From Octopus vulgaris (lineage: Eukaryota): a stretch of DNA of 64,000 nt. A model generated the notes under the pieces. That model was not told the origin of the DNA. It worked only from the letters and a program-made list of their open reading frames with translations, and did not search any database. The position numbers and the translations under genes are program-made. Position 1 is the stretch's first letter, and each line of letters begins with the position of its first letter. The stretch spans positions 12,896,001 to 12,960,000 of the forward strand of contig OX597814.1 in the NCBI GenBank assembly GCA_951406725.2. Direction: 5' to 3'. Below, one piece after another: positions 14,190-28,536 of the stretch.

Positions 14190-15160
14190 CTAATCTGCAT
14201 GTTTGTTACAATCACTTGCCGAGACACACCCAGCGTCCTAGGGCGAATGAAGAATTCAGAGATGTCACGGTATGACTGAAAGCTTGCAGAGGGACAGAGG
14301 CAGGGACTGTAGCAAAATACTTCATGTAATACAGTACATACATTCAAAATAATAAGATTTTTCTAAGGATGTCTGCAGTACTTGTCATCACAATCTTTTT
14401 GATTTCTCTGGGACATGGTTCGCCTGAGATATTATCTAGATGTTTCTGACATCCCTTTCCCCTCATACCTAGTGCACCCACAATAACAAGAGCAGTTTTC
14501 GCTTTAAGGTGCCACATCTTTTGTATTTCAATTTCCAAGTCGTTATATTTACTTAATTTGTCAAATTCATTTAGAGATATATTTTCATCAGTAGGATCAC
14601 GTCTGTCTATTAATCAACAAGTATCCTCTTCTCTGTCTTTATTGACTAAGTCTGGTCGATTTGGCTGGGTCGTTTTGTCGGTGTTGACTAGAAAATTCCA
14701 GAGGATAGTGACGCTTTCACCTTCATCGACTGGCTCCGGATGATGTTCATACCAATAAGCAGGAGTGCTGATTTTGTAGTGTTTACATTTTTCCAATGTA
14801 AATACTGCCCTACCCTATTGTGACGATTTTTGCATTCGTGTGGTGTCAGCACGGAACGTCCTGAGACATGATGCTTTATTGCTTAATCAATTTTATCGCA
14901 GAATCTTCCTTTACTGTCAGAACCGTCTTGAATACCTTGTTTTGTCGATAAAATTTGATTATTTTGTTATACGTTCTGAGGTGTGTGGTTTATAAAATCT
15001 TTGAATTATCTTTTTGCTTGATATTTCTAGCTTGTTCCGTCTTAACATTTAGACCTAAAAAAAAAAAGAAACTTTAATACCTCCAGTTTTGTGCGAACGT
15101 TTTGTCTTCCCTTCTTCCCTAACAGAATGTGTAACAGTATCTTTTATTGTAGCAACACAA
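14190..15160 (-). mobile_element. R4/Dong-type RLE retrotransposon, 3' part (CCHC + restriction-like endonuclease + 3' UTR), decayed
   Basis: RHNRVGQYLHW, WYEHHPEPV, TILWNF, NRPDLV, KYNDLEIEIQKMWHLK, IVGALG, KIVMTSTADILRK on the minus strand. Confidence 0.88.
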
Positions 15161-15454
15161 TTGAATGAACGATAAAGAATTAAGGAAGTGCGCATCTGCC
15201 AATATATACAAGCTGCACAACTACAAGAACCACAGCATGAAAAGAAGGGAAGAAAGAAGTTTAGAAATTCAAAAGTTCCAACAAGGTGAACATCTCTTCC
15301 TCCCACTATTTCCAAAGACTGGAATACCTGCAATTTCCTGTGAATATTTTGAATCTCCCTCAAGAAAGAATAAGTTAGGAAACTTTCGAACAAACAAACG
15401 ATCAGCTTTAAAAAGAAAAACAATTAATATCTACAACTACTGTGTGACGACGAC

Positions 15455-15533
<79 letters not shown>

Positions 15534-15652
15534 ATTATTATTAATATTATTATTATTATTATCATTATTACTATTATTATCATTATTATTATTGTTGTTG
15601 TTGTTGTTCTTCTTCTTCTTCTTCTTATTTTTATTATTATCATTATTATTAA

Positions 15653-15862
15653 GGCGGCGAGATGGCGAAATGTGGAGCATAACGGGCAAGATGCTTAGCA
15701 GCATTTCGTCTATCTTTACGTTCACAGTTGAAGTTCTACCGAGGTCAAATTTGCCTTTCATTCTTTCTGGGTCGATGAAATAATTACAGGTTACGTACCA
15801 CGGTCGACATAATCGACTGGCTCCTCACCCAAAATTGCAGGCCTTATGCTTTCAGTAGAAAT
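15653..15862 (+). mobile_element. SINE family A
   Basis: ggcggcgagatggc head, ttgcctttcattctttctgggtcgat centre, ggccttatgctttcagtagaa tail, embedded in ATT/AAT repeats. Confidence 0.85.
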
Positions 15863-15886
15863 GATAATAATAATAATAGTAATAAC

Positions 15887-15933
<47 letters not shown>

Positions 15934-17426
15934 TTATTATTATTATTATTAGAAGTATCAATACATTATTGATTTATACAGACAATAATTACATGGTGTG
16001 ATTATCAATTAAAATCTGTAACGAAATAGAGCTATATATCGTCGCATTGGCATGCAAATTCAAAGTATATTTAAACAAGGACATATGAATTGTTTAAACT
16101 GTCATACACCTAAGTTAGCCATTAACCAACTCATTCATATATACACTTTTGCATTTTCTTCCATGCCCAGAAACACACACAAGCAGACACATATATACAT
16201 GCGTATATATACATGTATGTATACATACAAACATACATATGTAAATAGATGCATAAACAGATAGATAGATATAGATAGATAAATGGACAGATAAATATGC
16301 TTATACGATAGAGAGTAGGTAAATAGATAGAAAGCTGGACAGAGTGTAAGTGAATTACGAGAAGGAATATACAGTGTTAGAAAGAAGAGATCAAAATGTG
16401 TGTAAAATACCGAATGGTTTCAAAGTAAAGGAAACGAAGAAGCTCTGCCAAAGATTTACAATTACAGAAAAAGCGAAATGCTGACAGAAGTACCGCATTT
16501 GATGCGAATTATTGATCTATAGGACAAAAGAATATACAACAAAAAGAATATATACGCCGTTTTCATTGCTGATTATAGATGTGAATTTGAGACAAGGATG
16601 TGTTGCTTTATATGTTGCATATTCCCAGGTTCTCGTAAACGCTTTCTGTTTTGGCTAATGGAATATCGCAGCTGGTGAAACTAAATAACTGAATATATTG
16701 TTTTTCAAGCAACAATCATTTATATCGGATATTCTGTGAGAGCATTGAAGTGGTTTCTTCAAAGTGCGGACAATAGTGCACTGGTAAACTCTGTATGTTT
16801 CCTCATAGAAATTGGTGAGATCTCTACTGGTTCCTCTTAGAAATTAGTGAAACCATTAACACCAATTCCATAAAAACTTTATAGCATGATGTTTTTAAGC
16901 GATAAATCGCCTCAATGAAAAGAAATGTTATAACACAGTTACCATCAATTTTATGCATGCCAATTTATCACTGGATTTATATTTTATGAACTAAGATGGC
17001 ATTAACTGTAAGTTCTCAGGAATGTTGCTAAAAAATGTGCTTAATGTTCTGTTCGCTCCGATGGTGCAGCTTTGAAATAAACGCTCTGCATTATATAGTT
17101 TTCACTTCACTGCAGCGTGAGTTCTAAGCTAATCTGGGTTGATACTGCTTCTAATTTTCCATGGTTGATGAGAGTTATCCGAACAGTTTGAGAGCTAAAT
17201 GTCTAATCTGCTAATTTTATACTAGTGACAAAATTGTTTTTATCAATATTGCCTTGTTAGACACTACAGTATATGTCATTAGTGTATATATTGTGTAGTC
17301 TTAACCGGGAACAACTAAGTATATGTTGCATTCTTTACTTACTTGATGAGGAGCTTTTCAGAAAGTGTACCTTGGAATCAGATGGAGTTGAATCAAAGAT
17401 TCACTTTAAAATAGTAAATGTGCTGG

Positions 17427-17491
<65 letters not shown>

Positions 17492-17789
17492 GAATGTAAC
17501 ATTTTCTGTAATTTCTCTACAAATGTCGTGTCCCAACATCATGCACCAATAATTTATAAAACGAATTAATTCCAAAGTAAGTGTAGATAATTTGATGTAC
17601 CCTAGTTAGTAATATAACAAATAATATTGGGTACAAATATTCCTCCGGTGAGGACTGGTAAATGGTTATTTGATTTCTGACCCGCTCAACGAAAGTTATA
17701 TTTTGTCAAAGAATAGTGCATACGATCCCTCTTTATTTAACATCTCTTAAATAACTGTCATTTACAACTCTCAAACGATGTTTTGGTTA

Positions 17790-17831
<42 letters not shown>

Positions 17832-19583
17832 TGCAATCATAAACACGACATATATATCGTGCAATCATAAACACGATCTACTAAATCATAAAATCATTGA
17901 ATTGCAAAAATTGAATATACTCACAAAGGATGATGGCTATAGATAATGTTAGAGTCTACATAATGATGTATAAATATAGTTTAATCGAAAGCTCTTTTTC
18001 TCTCTAAGAAAAGAGAAGATATATAACATAGCATATATTTTGGAAGGTTAAGCATATATTTTAATCATATTACTTACATATAAACACACATACGCAGCAC
18101 CTAACACAGAGCACAAATCAATAGGATAATGAAAGGTATAATAGTTTCATACAGATATGGACATACATAGATATATATATATAAACATATGTGCATACAG
18201 ACACAAATACACACGTACCCATTCATAGTATTTCGTGTGCAAATTTTGTTCTTAATATGCGGTATATTTGAATATATTATATCAACTTGAATTCAAAACT
18301 GAATGTAATGCAAAATATATGAAAACAAATCAAGCCATAAAATTTAAATGTGAAAATAGAACAAGGACATTTTAACTGTACATAGATTGGTATATCTCTC
18401 ATGCATATGTATGTATAAAATACATACGAGTTTATGTTAGGGTCATCAATGGTGCCAAACAAAATACATCGACACTTTCTCATAATTGTACACTGTTATG
18501 ATAAACTGGTACAGACAGATTGTTTAAAGAGAGTAAAAATATTAAATTAAGATAGGAAACATGTGAATGCAAACTGTGCAGCAAGTTCTCCACATTTTAG
18601 TTATTTAAAATTAAAGGCAAGATGCTACATATTTTAATAATAAATATTTCGTAAATAGCTCAATACTATAGCTGTGTTCGAAGATTACCAAAAGATTTTC
18701 AATATTTACTTTTATTATTATATACATTTACATCAAGACTTAAGATATAATACAAGCTACGATACAAAGGAAGCATACATATTAAAATAAACGGAAATTC
18801 ATGTCGTTCCGACTACGCGCAGCGAAATATTGCTTTGTTTCATTCCTTATTATGTGTTCATTTGCATTTTGACAACTTGCAATTAAGTTCATACTTCGGC
18901 TTAAATGTGTCTATTTCGTAATTATATCACGTCTTGAGAGTTAAAACCTATATAAATTTCCCCAGTCTCCTTCCAACGAAAGTAGCTTGTTTCGAGGGAC
19001 TAGTGATATAGTGAGATAACAACCATTAAAGCAAACGTTGTATCATTGTTGGGCGACTGTTACATGGGCATTTGGCTGAGGGCATTCATTTATTTTTGCT
19101 GTTCTCTTCTGTTTATAGAAATGGCATGTTTTCTATGTAACTTGAAAGATTATATAAATGATTGTTGAACAGCCTATGGTATTTTTTATATGAGTGTGTT
19201 TGAGGACATTTATTTACAGCGCTATAAAACCCTTATACGAAGAGCTACTTACAGCCCCAATACAGTTTCTAAATATTCGTTACAACGATAAAATAATCTA
19301 CGTCTGAACGGCTTCAAAACCTGTCAAATATTGACTTCAACCCAAAATAACACTGGGTTACAAATTACCACAAAAGCTTTGGCTGTCTCATTGTTTTCAG
19401 TGATTTTAATGTATAATTTCTGCTGATTCCATAAACGTGTTTATGTTTTCTCTACCATCGACCGCTTGCAAGATATATTGAATTATGCCTATATAAACAT
19501 ATCATCGGACATCACGTATCATCATATATCACACATACGCCAGACATCAAACATATAATCATACATCACATATCCTCATATTA

Positions 19584-19930
19584 CATGGAAAAATGCAAGC
19601 AAAAAAATAATATTCTTAAGATTATAAACCAGAAAATGTACAGGAAAAGTTATTACACTTGGAAAAGTTCAGGACAAATTATTACATCTGGTGAACAACA
19701 GATCAAGGAATCTTTTACTTAAAATATTGGAGCTTAGGACACAATTTCAAATGAAATAGTCAGATTTAGAAAATATTAGCCTTTATTCAATTTAAATATT
19801 TTTTACAAGTTATTACTTCTATTTGTTATTACTTGTTACGTTTATTAAAAATTAAAAATAACTCAAAATACTAAATGATAATTTTCAATTATCAATTAAT
19901 AATTAGAAATTCGAAAATAGGTGCTCTTCA
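19584..19930 (+). mobile_element. One arm of the long-TIR MITE family seen at 40425-41234
   Basis: catggaaaaatgcaagc...aatattcttaagattataaacc...ttacttctatttgttattacttgttac matches the reverse complement of about 40910-41234. Confidence 0.8.
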
Positions 19931-20491
19931 AACATGGTAACAATGTCGAATTTGTTTAAGAACTGAATTAGCGACAAAGCTCTGAAGATGTTGCGTGTGA
20001 ATAGATTGCAACCTTAAGAATATTATTCAACGACTACCATAGTTGCATGATACACATATCATCATACATTTGGCAACTGCCTGTGTAAACAAAAGTTCTA
20101 ACATCACTTGATCACATGTCGTTGCGTGACGTAACTATTACTGTAAAACAGTATCACTCTACTAATAAATGATTCATTCTTGAAGTTTATATTTTACCTC
20201 CGTTATCCGAATAAAAGTATTCAAAGGTTTAAGTGAAAAGGCTATGTCGTCACCGCCTTCTGATACACACAACAGACTCAAAAGGCACGCCTCAGTGCTT
20301 TCATGACTACCATAGCTAGTGTAAGAAAGTGTTGTGCCCTTGTCCCTCTACCCTTCGTCTTTTGTCCGGCATTCCATTTGGTTTCGGGGCTATACTTGTT
20401 TGATCATTGTTTGATCACGAGCACTGTACATTTGTCAGTTACATATCCTTCTTTTTCAGGTTTTTATTGCAAACATTGAACTTTCCTCATC

Positions 20492-22280
20492 ATGGCTACA
20501 AAAAGATGTAAATATTCACCAGGTATATTCTGTTATGTGTGTGGATACTACGTTGGAAGAAAGCATGTAACATATAAAATTAGGTAAGTTGTTAAGTACT
20601 TGATTGCTTATAGACTGTATTTTAGAATGAGTATGGGTGACCAAGGAATACCATGGGTCCCTCACGTGATATGTGGAACTTGTAGATCAAATTTAGATGG
20701 ATGGCTTATAGGTGCAAAAAACGCAATGCCTTTCACTGCACCGAGAGTTTGGTGAGAGTCAAAAAATCATCACGATGATTGCTATTTTTTCATGGTTGAT
20801 GTATCAATGTGTAGATGAGTTAAGGGATGAAAAGCCCTTCGGTAACCTGGCATTCAATCCTCCATTGCACCTGTGTCACATGATGTTATCTTGTCGGTTC
20901 CACGGCCGCCAGAGAAAATGTGTGTACATCTTATCAACGTGTTAATAAGAAATTTTGATTTCATTAATGGTAACAGAATAAAAATTGAAATAGTATGAAA
21001 CAACGCATAAAATTCTATTACGTGCAGCCTTTTAAACTTTTCAGGAGGAGGATATGATGCAGGTGTCAGCCGGAGAGTCTGAATGTGGCGGCGACAAAGA
21101 AAGGGATGAAATATTTGAGCCAGGAATGAGTGCCTGCCCACACGTTTCAAATCAACGTGATCTATATGATTTGATTAGGGACTTGCGTCTTACTTAGGCA
21201 GGAGCTGGGCATTTATCATCGAGACTGAACGAATGATATCACTTGAGGAAAGACTGCACATTAGCAGTATACAGTGAACGCCATGAGGAAGTCGAAGTAT
21301 ACCTTGACATAAGTGAGGATCTCTGCTTCTGCAAAGATATAAATGGCTTGTGTGCAGCTATTGGAATTGATCACAACACTAAAGAATGGTCATTTTTCAT
21401 AAACAGCTCAACAAAATGCCTCAAACCCGCTTTATTGCACAACGGAAATTAGTTCACATCCCTGCCTATTGCATAATTGGTACAGATGAAGGAAGAATAT
21501 GACAATGTAAAAGAGCTTCTTGAGAAAGTAAACTATACGTTTAAATGGAATATTTGTAGTGACTTTAAAATTCTTGCGTTCTTACTTGGATTACAGGGTA
21601 GGTACACTAAGTATTCGTGTTTTCTTTGCCTATGAGATAGTAAGGTTGGTCATGAACATTACCAAAAGGCTGAGTAGCACCCACGAGATGGCCTCCAGTC
21701 AGGATAGCTAAATGTTATAAGACAACTTCTAGTAGAACCTGCAAAAATGTTGTTACCCCAACCCCACATAAAGCTGGGTTTAGTCAACCATTTTGTAAAG
21801 GCTTTAGGTCGTGGAGGAGGAGCATTCGAAGAGATCCATCTACTCTTTCCAAAGCTATCTGAGACAAAATCTAAGGGTGGTATATTTACTGAACTACAAG
21901 TAAGGAAAATGCTGACGTCAGTATAACTTGAAAATGTGATGAGTGATCTAGAAAGAGAGGCATGGTGTGCATTTCGAGATATTGACATTGGGTTCCTTGA
22001 TAATAACAAAATCGAAAATACAAACGACTGGTAGCAAAACTTATTGAGTTATGAGAATCGAGACTAGAATTTCATTAAAGGTACACATTCTTCATTCGCA
22101 TTTAAACTTTTGTCGTGAGTGAGGAACATGGCAGGATTCCATCAGGATATTGCTACAATAAAGAAAAGATACCAAGGAATATGGGACACTGCAATGATGG
22201 GGGAGTATATACGGTCGTTGGTGCGTTCAGCTGTAAGAGCTCACAGTAGGAGAACACAATCTTCAATGCATTTCTTGTAA
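20492..22280 (+). pseudogene. Chapaev3-like transposase pseudogene
   Basis: Across stops and frameshifts: MATKRCKYSPGIFCYVCG, MGDQGIPWVPHVICGTCR, KNHHDDCYF, SSIAPVSH, LLHNGN, WNICSDFKILAFLLGLQGRYTKYSCFLCL, PQPHIKLGLV, KVHILHSHL, RFHQDIATIKKRYQG. Confidence 0.85.
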
Positions 22281-22522
22281 AATCTTATTATAACCCCACC
22301 ATAGTTTTGCTTACATTTATCATTAGTTAAAAAATAAGTACTAGGACAAAATATTTTAAATTCCTATTAAGGTATGATGTGAATAAGTCGAATAAAGTAC
22401 CATCGCAGCTAAGTTTTGTTATTATTCTCTAGAAAACCGTAATGATTACCTAAAATATTGTTGCTATGCAATTTTCAAGGGTAGTTTTGAAATGATGAGA
22501 AAAATACCTTAGAATTACTAAA

Positions 22523-22727
22523 AGCGTTAGCATGCTGGGCGAAATGCGTAGCCGTTATGTTCTTGGTTCAAATTCCGCCGAGGTCGACTTTGCCTTTCAT
22601 CCTTTCGGGGTCGATAAATGAAGTACCAGTTACGCATTGAGGTCGATATAATCGACTTAACCTGTTTGTCTGTCCTTGTTTGTCCCTTGTGTGTTTAGCC
22701 CCTTGTGGATAGTAAAGAAAAAAAAAA
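22523..22727 (+). mobile_element. SINE family A (head clipped, small internal deletion)
   Basis: cgttagcatgctgggcgaaatg, gttcaaattccgccgaggtcgactttgcctttcatcctttcggggtcgat, tttagccccttgtgg tail as in 5695-5931. Confidence 0.9.
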
Positions 22728-22767
22728 TATATATATATATGTAGGTCCCGGGTTGATTCGGGGTTAA

Positions 22768-22804
<37 letters not shown>

Positions 22805-23652
22805 TATATATGTATGTATATACACAGAAAGGGAAAGAGAGAGGGAGAGAGAGAGAGGGGAGAGAAAGATATACATATACATATATATATATATACACTG
22901 TGCTACATGGTCTTCATAGAAATATAGTTTTGTGGTTAACGTTGATACGGGATAATGCACAAATATATTTAAAAAAACAAACAAGAAAATGCTAAGTTTT
23001 AAATATGTTATTACGGAATACACCACCGGCATAATAATTAGAACCATTAGAATCAACATTTCCGAGAAAAACAAATTCACTATCTTATTCGAACAGAAAA
23101 CAATAGAATTATGCCCGTTCATATGAATATATGAGATAAGGGAACCAAAAAGTTTGACTTGAAGCTGAAATATATTTAGTTGATTAATAATCGAAAAAGT
23201 AGATAACTAGGTGAAAAGTAGATACCATCCTGAAAATACATACGTATTCATTTGCAAAGTTATTAAAGGCGCGGCAGAATATAGGGAAAGATTGAAGAAA
23301 TATGCATCCTATGCATAGTTGAATGTAATTATAGCGCAAAACGTCGTAAACCGATATATTATACTTAAGAATCGAATATATCCCCAGGATTAGCAGAATG
23401 TCGGTCCCTATGGAGAGGTAACTGTATTTAATGAAAACACGAGGGAAACGTCTAGATACAAAGGAGATATTTTCTAGAAAATACCAGTATCAAACACTTA
23501 CGATCAATGAAAATACAATATTAGTAAAACAATATTATCCATTAAATATCTAAATCGCTTAACATGACTATGTGTGTGCGAGTGTGTGTATGGACGTGAT
23601 AGAAAGAGTGGGTGTATGGAGGTGTGTATGAATGTATGTATATCTATATACG

Positions 23653-23687
<35 letters not shown>

Positions 23688-23962
23688 TTGTGTATAAAGC
23701 TTAAAAACCTCCTACGCCCAAATCTTCAAGACACTCGAGTTATTTTCTGTGTCATAGTAAGGAAAAATAAAATCTCAGGCACTAGCAGATTCTTGCCATT
23801 TAAAGTAATGCTGATGAGTAAAGTGTAGGCGTGAAAACCAAGCCTACATTTGCAAGTCTATATATTGAAATATTCTTGGAGTCAACAAAAACACAGCTTT
23901 ATACATACGTACATGCATAAGTACAAACAAACACGCGAGTACCCACATGTATATACCTATAC

Positions 23963-24016
<54 letters not shown>

Positions 24017-24805
24017 TTACAAACATACACACACACGTGCACACACAGACTTACATACATTGATAAATACATACATATATACATACATATATACATACAT
24101 CAGAGGTTACAACGCCCCGATAATTCTTGCTCCTGTACAATATTAATTGTACATAATTTATTAAATCAAAATCGAATCGCTAACGTGTGGAACGTAGGAG
24201 GCACTGAATCAAATAGCGAGAAAATTAAAGTTTGGTTTGTTATCTATTTGGCCTCCGACACCAGAGTTTTGCTCAAACAATGATTTATTGTGTATCGGAT
24301 TGTAGTAATAAATATTATTTCCATTGTTTGTTAGTGTATCAATCTCTGTCGAAAATATAAATCTTACGTCTATGGGTAGTTGCACCATTATTAAGGAAAA
24401 AATTCATGAATATAAGTAAATGAAAAAAATAGATTTATGTTATAGTAGCAACAGACCAAAGTGATGAAACGGTGTATTTTAGATTTAAGCAAGTAAACCC
24501 CGGTAATACTTTATACTTAGGAATTTGACTCATGCTTGGATATGTTTGTCGATTTTATAAAAATATTTCTATAGAAAAAGTAAGATATTGATTTATTGAT
24601 TTCACTAGGCTCCAGGAAAATCGTCTAACGTAAGTATATTTAAATGAATTACACTACGATATTTTTATGCAACTTGTAATATTCAGAGCCACTAGATTAA
24701 AACAGCAACTTCTGATATGTGTTTAAAAAATGTGTGCGCTTATGTATGTATACATATACGTGGGCATGTATGCACACACACACACCACACGTACACACAC
24801 ACACA

Positions 24806-24839
<34 letters not shown>

Positions 24840-24848
24840 AGTCTGGAT

Positions 24849-24903
<55 letters not shown>

Positions 24904-25226
24904 TACACACACGTACATATATTAATGAGTTTGTGAGTTTGTCTGTATCTATATTTGTCTACGCACTACTGATAGCTCATATACCATAATTCCGAGTCAT
25001 TTGTTAGTCAATGTGGCGAAATGAAAAGCACAGAGCAAATAAATTATATCATATTAAATACTGTGTCACTTACGTAAGTCATAAATGCGTAGCCTCAATT
25101 GTTTGCTTGCAGCTGAATTAATAATGATTTTTGAATTATTCTGGGCGTGATCAATTTTTGACTGGACAGTTTAACCGATATCATAAACCCTAGTTCGCAG
25201 TTGGTACTTTACTCTATCAGTGTGAA

Positions 25227-25541
25227 GGTGTGTAGTTTAATGGTTAGTGTATTCGGCTCTGGATCGTATGGTTGTGAGGTCAATTCCTCGCGGTGCGTTG
25301 TGTTCTTGAGGGAGGTACTTTATTTCACGTTACTCCAGCCTACTCAGCTTCCAAACATAAGTAGTACCTGTATTTTAAAGGACCAGTCTTGTCTCATTCT
25401 GTCCGACTGAATCTCGGTGAGAACTACGTTAAGGTACATCTGTCTGTGGACTGCTTAACCAGTTGCACGTTAATTTCACGAAAAAGCTATTCTGTTGATC
25501 GGATCAACTAGAACGCTCATCGTCGTAACCGACGGAGTGCC
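25227..25541 (+). mobile_element. tRNA-derived SINE, family C (diverged)
   Basis: A-box-like tagtttaatgg, degenerate B-box ggtcaattcc, CORE-like tgtgttcttgag...actttatttcac, tail cgtcgtaaccgacggagtgcc. Confidence 0.65.
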
Positions 25542-26174
25542 GATTTACCGCCACTTTATCGGTCTAAATTGGCGGCATTTGAATTCAGATTGCAAAATGT
25601 CTGAGCAAAAAGCAAGTTCTTTTCCGTCGTTCTAAGGTTAGTGGCGAGCATGCTGCCTTTCGGAGTGTATCTTCATTTCTCAAAATATGAAGGAGAAAAG
25701 AAGTGACGAATAAAGTGTTTGTATATATGTATACGTGTAGTTAAGAAAAAGGGAGGTACGTGAATGTTTGTGTGTGTATGCGTGTGCGTATCTGTGTGTG
25801 TGTGGGAATGTGTGAGTGTGTCCGTGCGTAATAGAAACGTTTCCATGCCTACGTAAATGAAACGTACAACTCTGAAGATAAAGTTGACATCATTCCAAAT
25901 ATATTTTAGTAACTGTATGTATGTGTGGAATTGGGAAATATTTGAATGCTTGTATCTGTGATTGTTCTGTACACTTCCCGTTCTTCTTACTCAAACGGCC
26001 ATTACTTTCTCTCACCCTCTCAGTTATGGCTATTACTCTCTCCGCATCTCCTTCACTCTATTACTATTTTCTCTCCTCTCCCTTCACTGACACCACAACT
26101 CTCTCTCTTTAGCCGTGCTACTGTTTTACTTGTGGAAAGCTATTTAATTTTACCATATTAAATAAGGGCATTAA

Positions 26175-26242
26175 TATATATGAAACATATATATATATAT
26201 ATATATAATACATCTATATATATATATATATATATATATATG

Positions 26243-26301
<59 letters not shown>

Positions 26302-26327
26302 TATATATATATATATGTTTATATATG

Positions 26328-26394
<67 letters not shown>

Positions 26395-26427
26395 ATATAT
26401 ATGTATATATGTATTCATGTATATATT
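26175..26427. repeat. Long interrupted (TA)n tract
   Basis: About 250 bp of nearly pure TA repeat. Confidence 0.98.
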
Positions 26428-26617
26428 TAGTTTTCAATATCTGGCGTTCTTGTTCTCTTTCATTTATTTGTTCAAGTCTGGGCTACGAAGATCTTTGTAT
26501 ATTTTCTTGGTCGTAATCATGTGTACAAGTATGTAAATCCTGCATATATGTAATTCTGCAAATATACATACACATATACACATATATATATTCATACGTA
26601 TACATTCATAAATATTT

Positions 26618-26669
<52 letters not shown>

Positions 26670-26672
<3 letters not shown>

Positions 26673-26940
26673 CTCATTACAACAGAGGTGTTATTTCTCA
26701 CTTTTGACACATAATGCCGAAATAATATAAGAGATAAGAGATTGCTCCGGGCTTGTATAAGGCAAGATGTCGAAAATTTCTTAGGCCCATGAAGCTGCAT
26801 GGACGCTAAGTAAGGCATGTTTAAAATGTGATTGAAATCGGTTGGATAGTTCTGGAGGTTTAATAATGCACACATACAGACAGCCAGACAGAGTGATAGA
26901 TAGACAGACACACACACATTCTCAGTTTTGTATATATAAA
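26670..26940 (-). mobile_element. Helitron-type non-autonomous element, 5' part with internal (CTGT)n/(GT)n
   Basis: Minus strand begins tatatatacaaaactgagaatgtgtgtgtgtctgtct...caaccgatttcaatc, the layout typical of microsatellite-carrying non-autonomous Helitrons. No 3' hairpin seen. Confidence 0.5.
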
Positions 26941-27096
26941 TAATATAGGATTATATCGGTAATATACACCAAATTTCTCTTTTGTTTAAAGTTATTGATC
27001 TAAAAAAATTTAAGTAACTAACAAAAAAAGAAATTACGGCGATGTACTTGCATAGCGAGTGACTTGATCTGAGATCGTGTGCTGAAACGAAAACAA

Positions 27097-27289
27097 TTGC
27101 AGCGTGGAAGGTGTTTATAAGCCATTTAAGAAACACACAAAAACCGTTAGATTTACTTCAACATTTAAATTTTTATTTGTCAAAATATTTTCGTCGCTTT
27201 GAGACCGCGACCTGTTCACTGACAAACCTTCGTGCTGCACGGTTGTTGTGTGTTTCTTAAATGACTTATAAACACCTTCCACGCTGCAA
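27097..27289. repeat. 51-bp inverted repeat enclosing a hammerhead-like fold (probable inverted Penelope pLTR remnant)
   Basis: Arms 27097-27147 and 27239-27289 with 2 mismatches. The spacer on the minus strand reads tttgtca-gtgaaca-ggtcgc...gcgac-gaaa-atattt-tgacaaa. Confidence 0.75.
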
Positions 27290-28044
27290 AAAAAGAAATG
27301 TTCTTTATTTACTTAGTTTTTCGGTGAGAAAATTCCGCAACAAATATAAAAAGAAATTTAGAGCTACAATAAATACATCCTATATTACTCCATAGATATA
27401 GAGATAGGCTATAATAATGGATATCAAAATGTCACTAGTTTTTCAGAAGAAACCGAATTTGAAGTTACTTAAATAAAGGTCGTTTCCCCGAACTAACAAG
27501 TAAATGTCCCTATATACCTATATATACACAAAACCACTTGTATACTCGCACACACGCACACGCGTGTGCAAACACGCAAACACACACATATAGAAAGAGA
27601 CAAAGAGAGATACGCACTTCACCGGTTTAACATTCTATTTTGAAACATGTTTAGTATACAGAGTAGTGTCAAGACTGTATATGTTCTGTTTATTGATCTA
27701 CAAATCATTTGTTCTGTCTGACGTTTCAGAGATTATTTCTTAAAGAAGAGAATGTTGCTTAAATTGTCTTGAGTTAAGACATTGACTTATTGACCGAAGA
27801 TGTTTACTCGGAAATGTAAAGGAATTTCCTGTTAGGCTTACGCTACGACCGTGTATTAAGGTTATGAGAATGTCAAACCATAGTTTTTTTTTTCCAAATG
27901 ATGTGTCAATGGCAGTTAAAATAATAGCTATGAACGGTGAAAATTCCGTTCAAATCTAGGACTGTTTCAGCATTTTTGCTGCGTACAGTACTTGCGTGAG
28001 CTGGTAATATCCCATTTAATCAAGCCGTGCTGACGTATTTTATG

Positions 28045-28106
<62 letters not shown>

Positions 28107-28293
28107 GTTTCACACGAAAATAAGGTCAAACTGTTATATGTGCGTTTTTGTACAAAAGTTTAATAAAAAATCTATCATTCTATTACTATACTTGACATGT
28201 GCAACCATTACTACAGACACGTTTTTCCTTAACGTCTTCTCGCACTTTTACTTTCCTATACCCTATCCTCGCCTCATTCCATTCTGTAAAACA

Positions 28294-28356
<63 letters not shown>

Positions 28357-28502
28357 CAGATAAATTAGAAATAGAAATATTCTATTGACGAACCAATAAT
28401 TTATTTATATTGCAATATTACATTAAATATTATGAATTGGATGTTTAACACACCCCTCTGAAGGATTTCTTTTCCTCAGCTTGTTATTATACCCCCCCAC
28501 AC

Positions 28503-28536
<34 letters not shown>

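Larger units (their letters stand above)
19351..22520 (+). mobile_element. Chapaev3-like (CMC superfamily) DNA transposon, decayed, right end interrupted
   Basis: Left end TAA|CACTGGGTTACAA fits the CAC terminus and TWA target of Chapaev3. It contains the transposase pseudogene below. The right TIR is not seen because a SINE follows at 22523. Confidence 0.7.

Noticed and set aside
15165-15435. Plus-strand Lys/Arg-rich ORF start between Dong fragments
   Set aside because: It could be an inverted N-terminal Dong piece, but no diagnostic motif was recognisable.
17821-17876. 28-bp direct duplication (tatatatcgtgcaatcataaacacga)
   Set aside because: Consistent with simple slippage next to a (TA)n tract.
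23805-23850. CTGATGA...GAAA motifs here and CTGATGA at about 33789
   Set aside because: No supporting stems I/II, so not called hammerheads.
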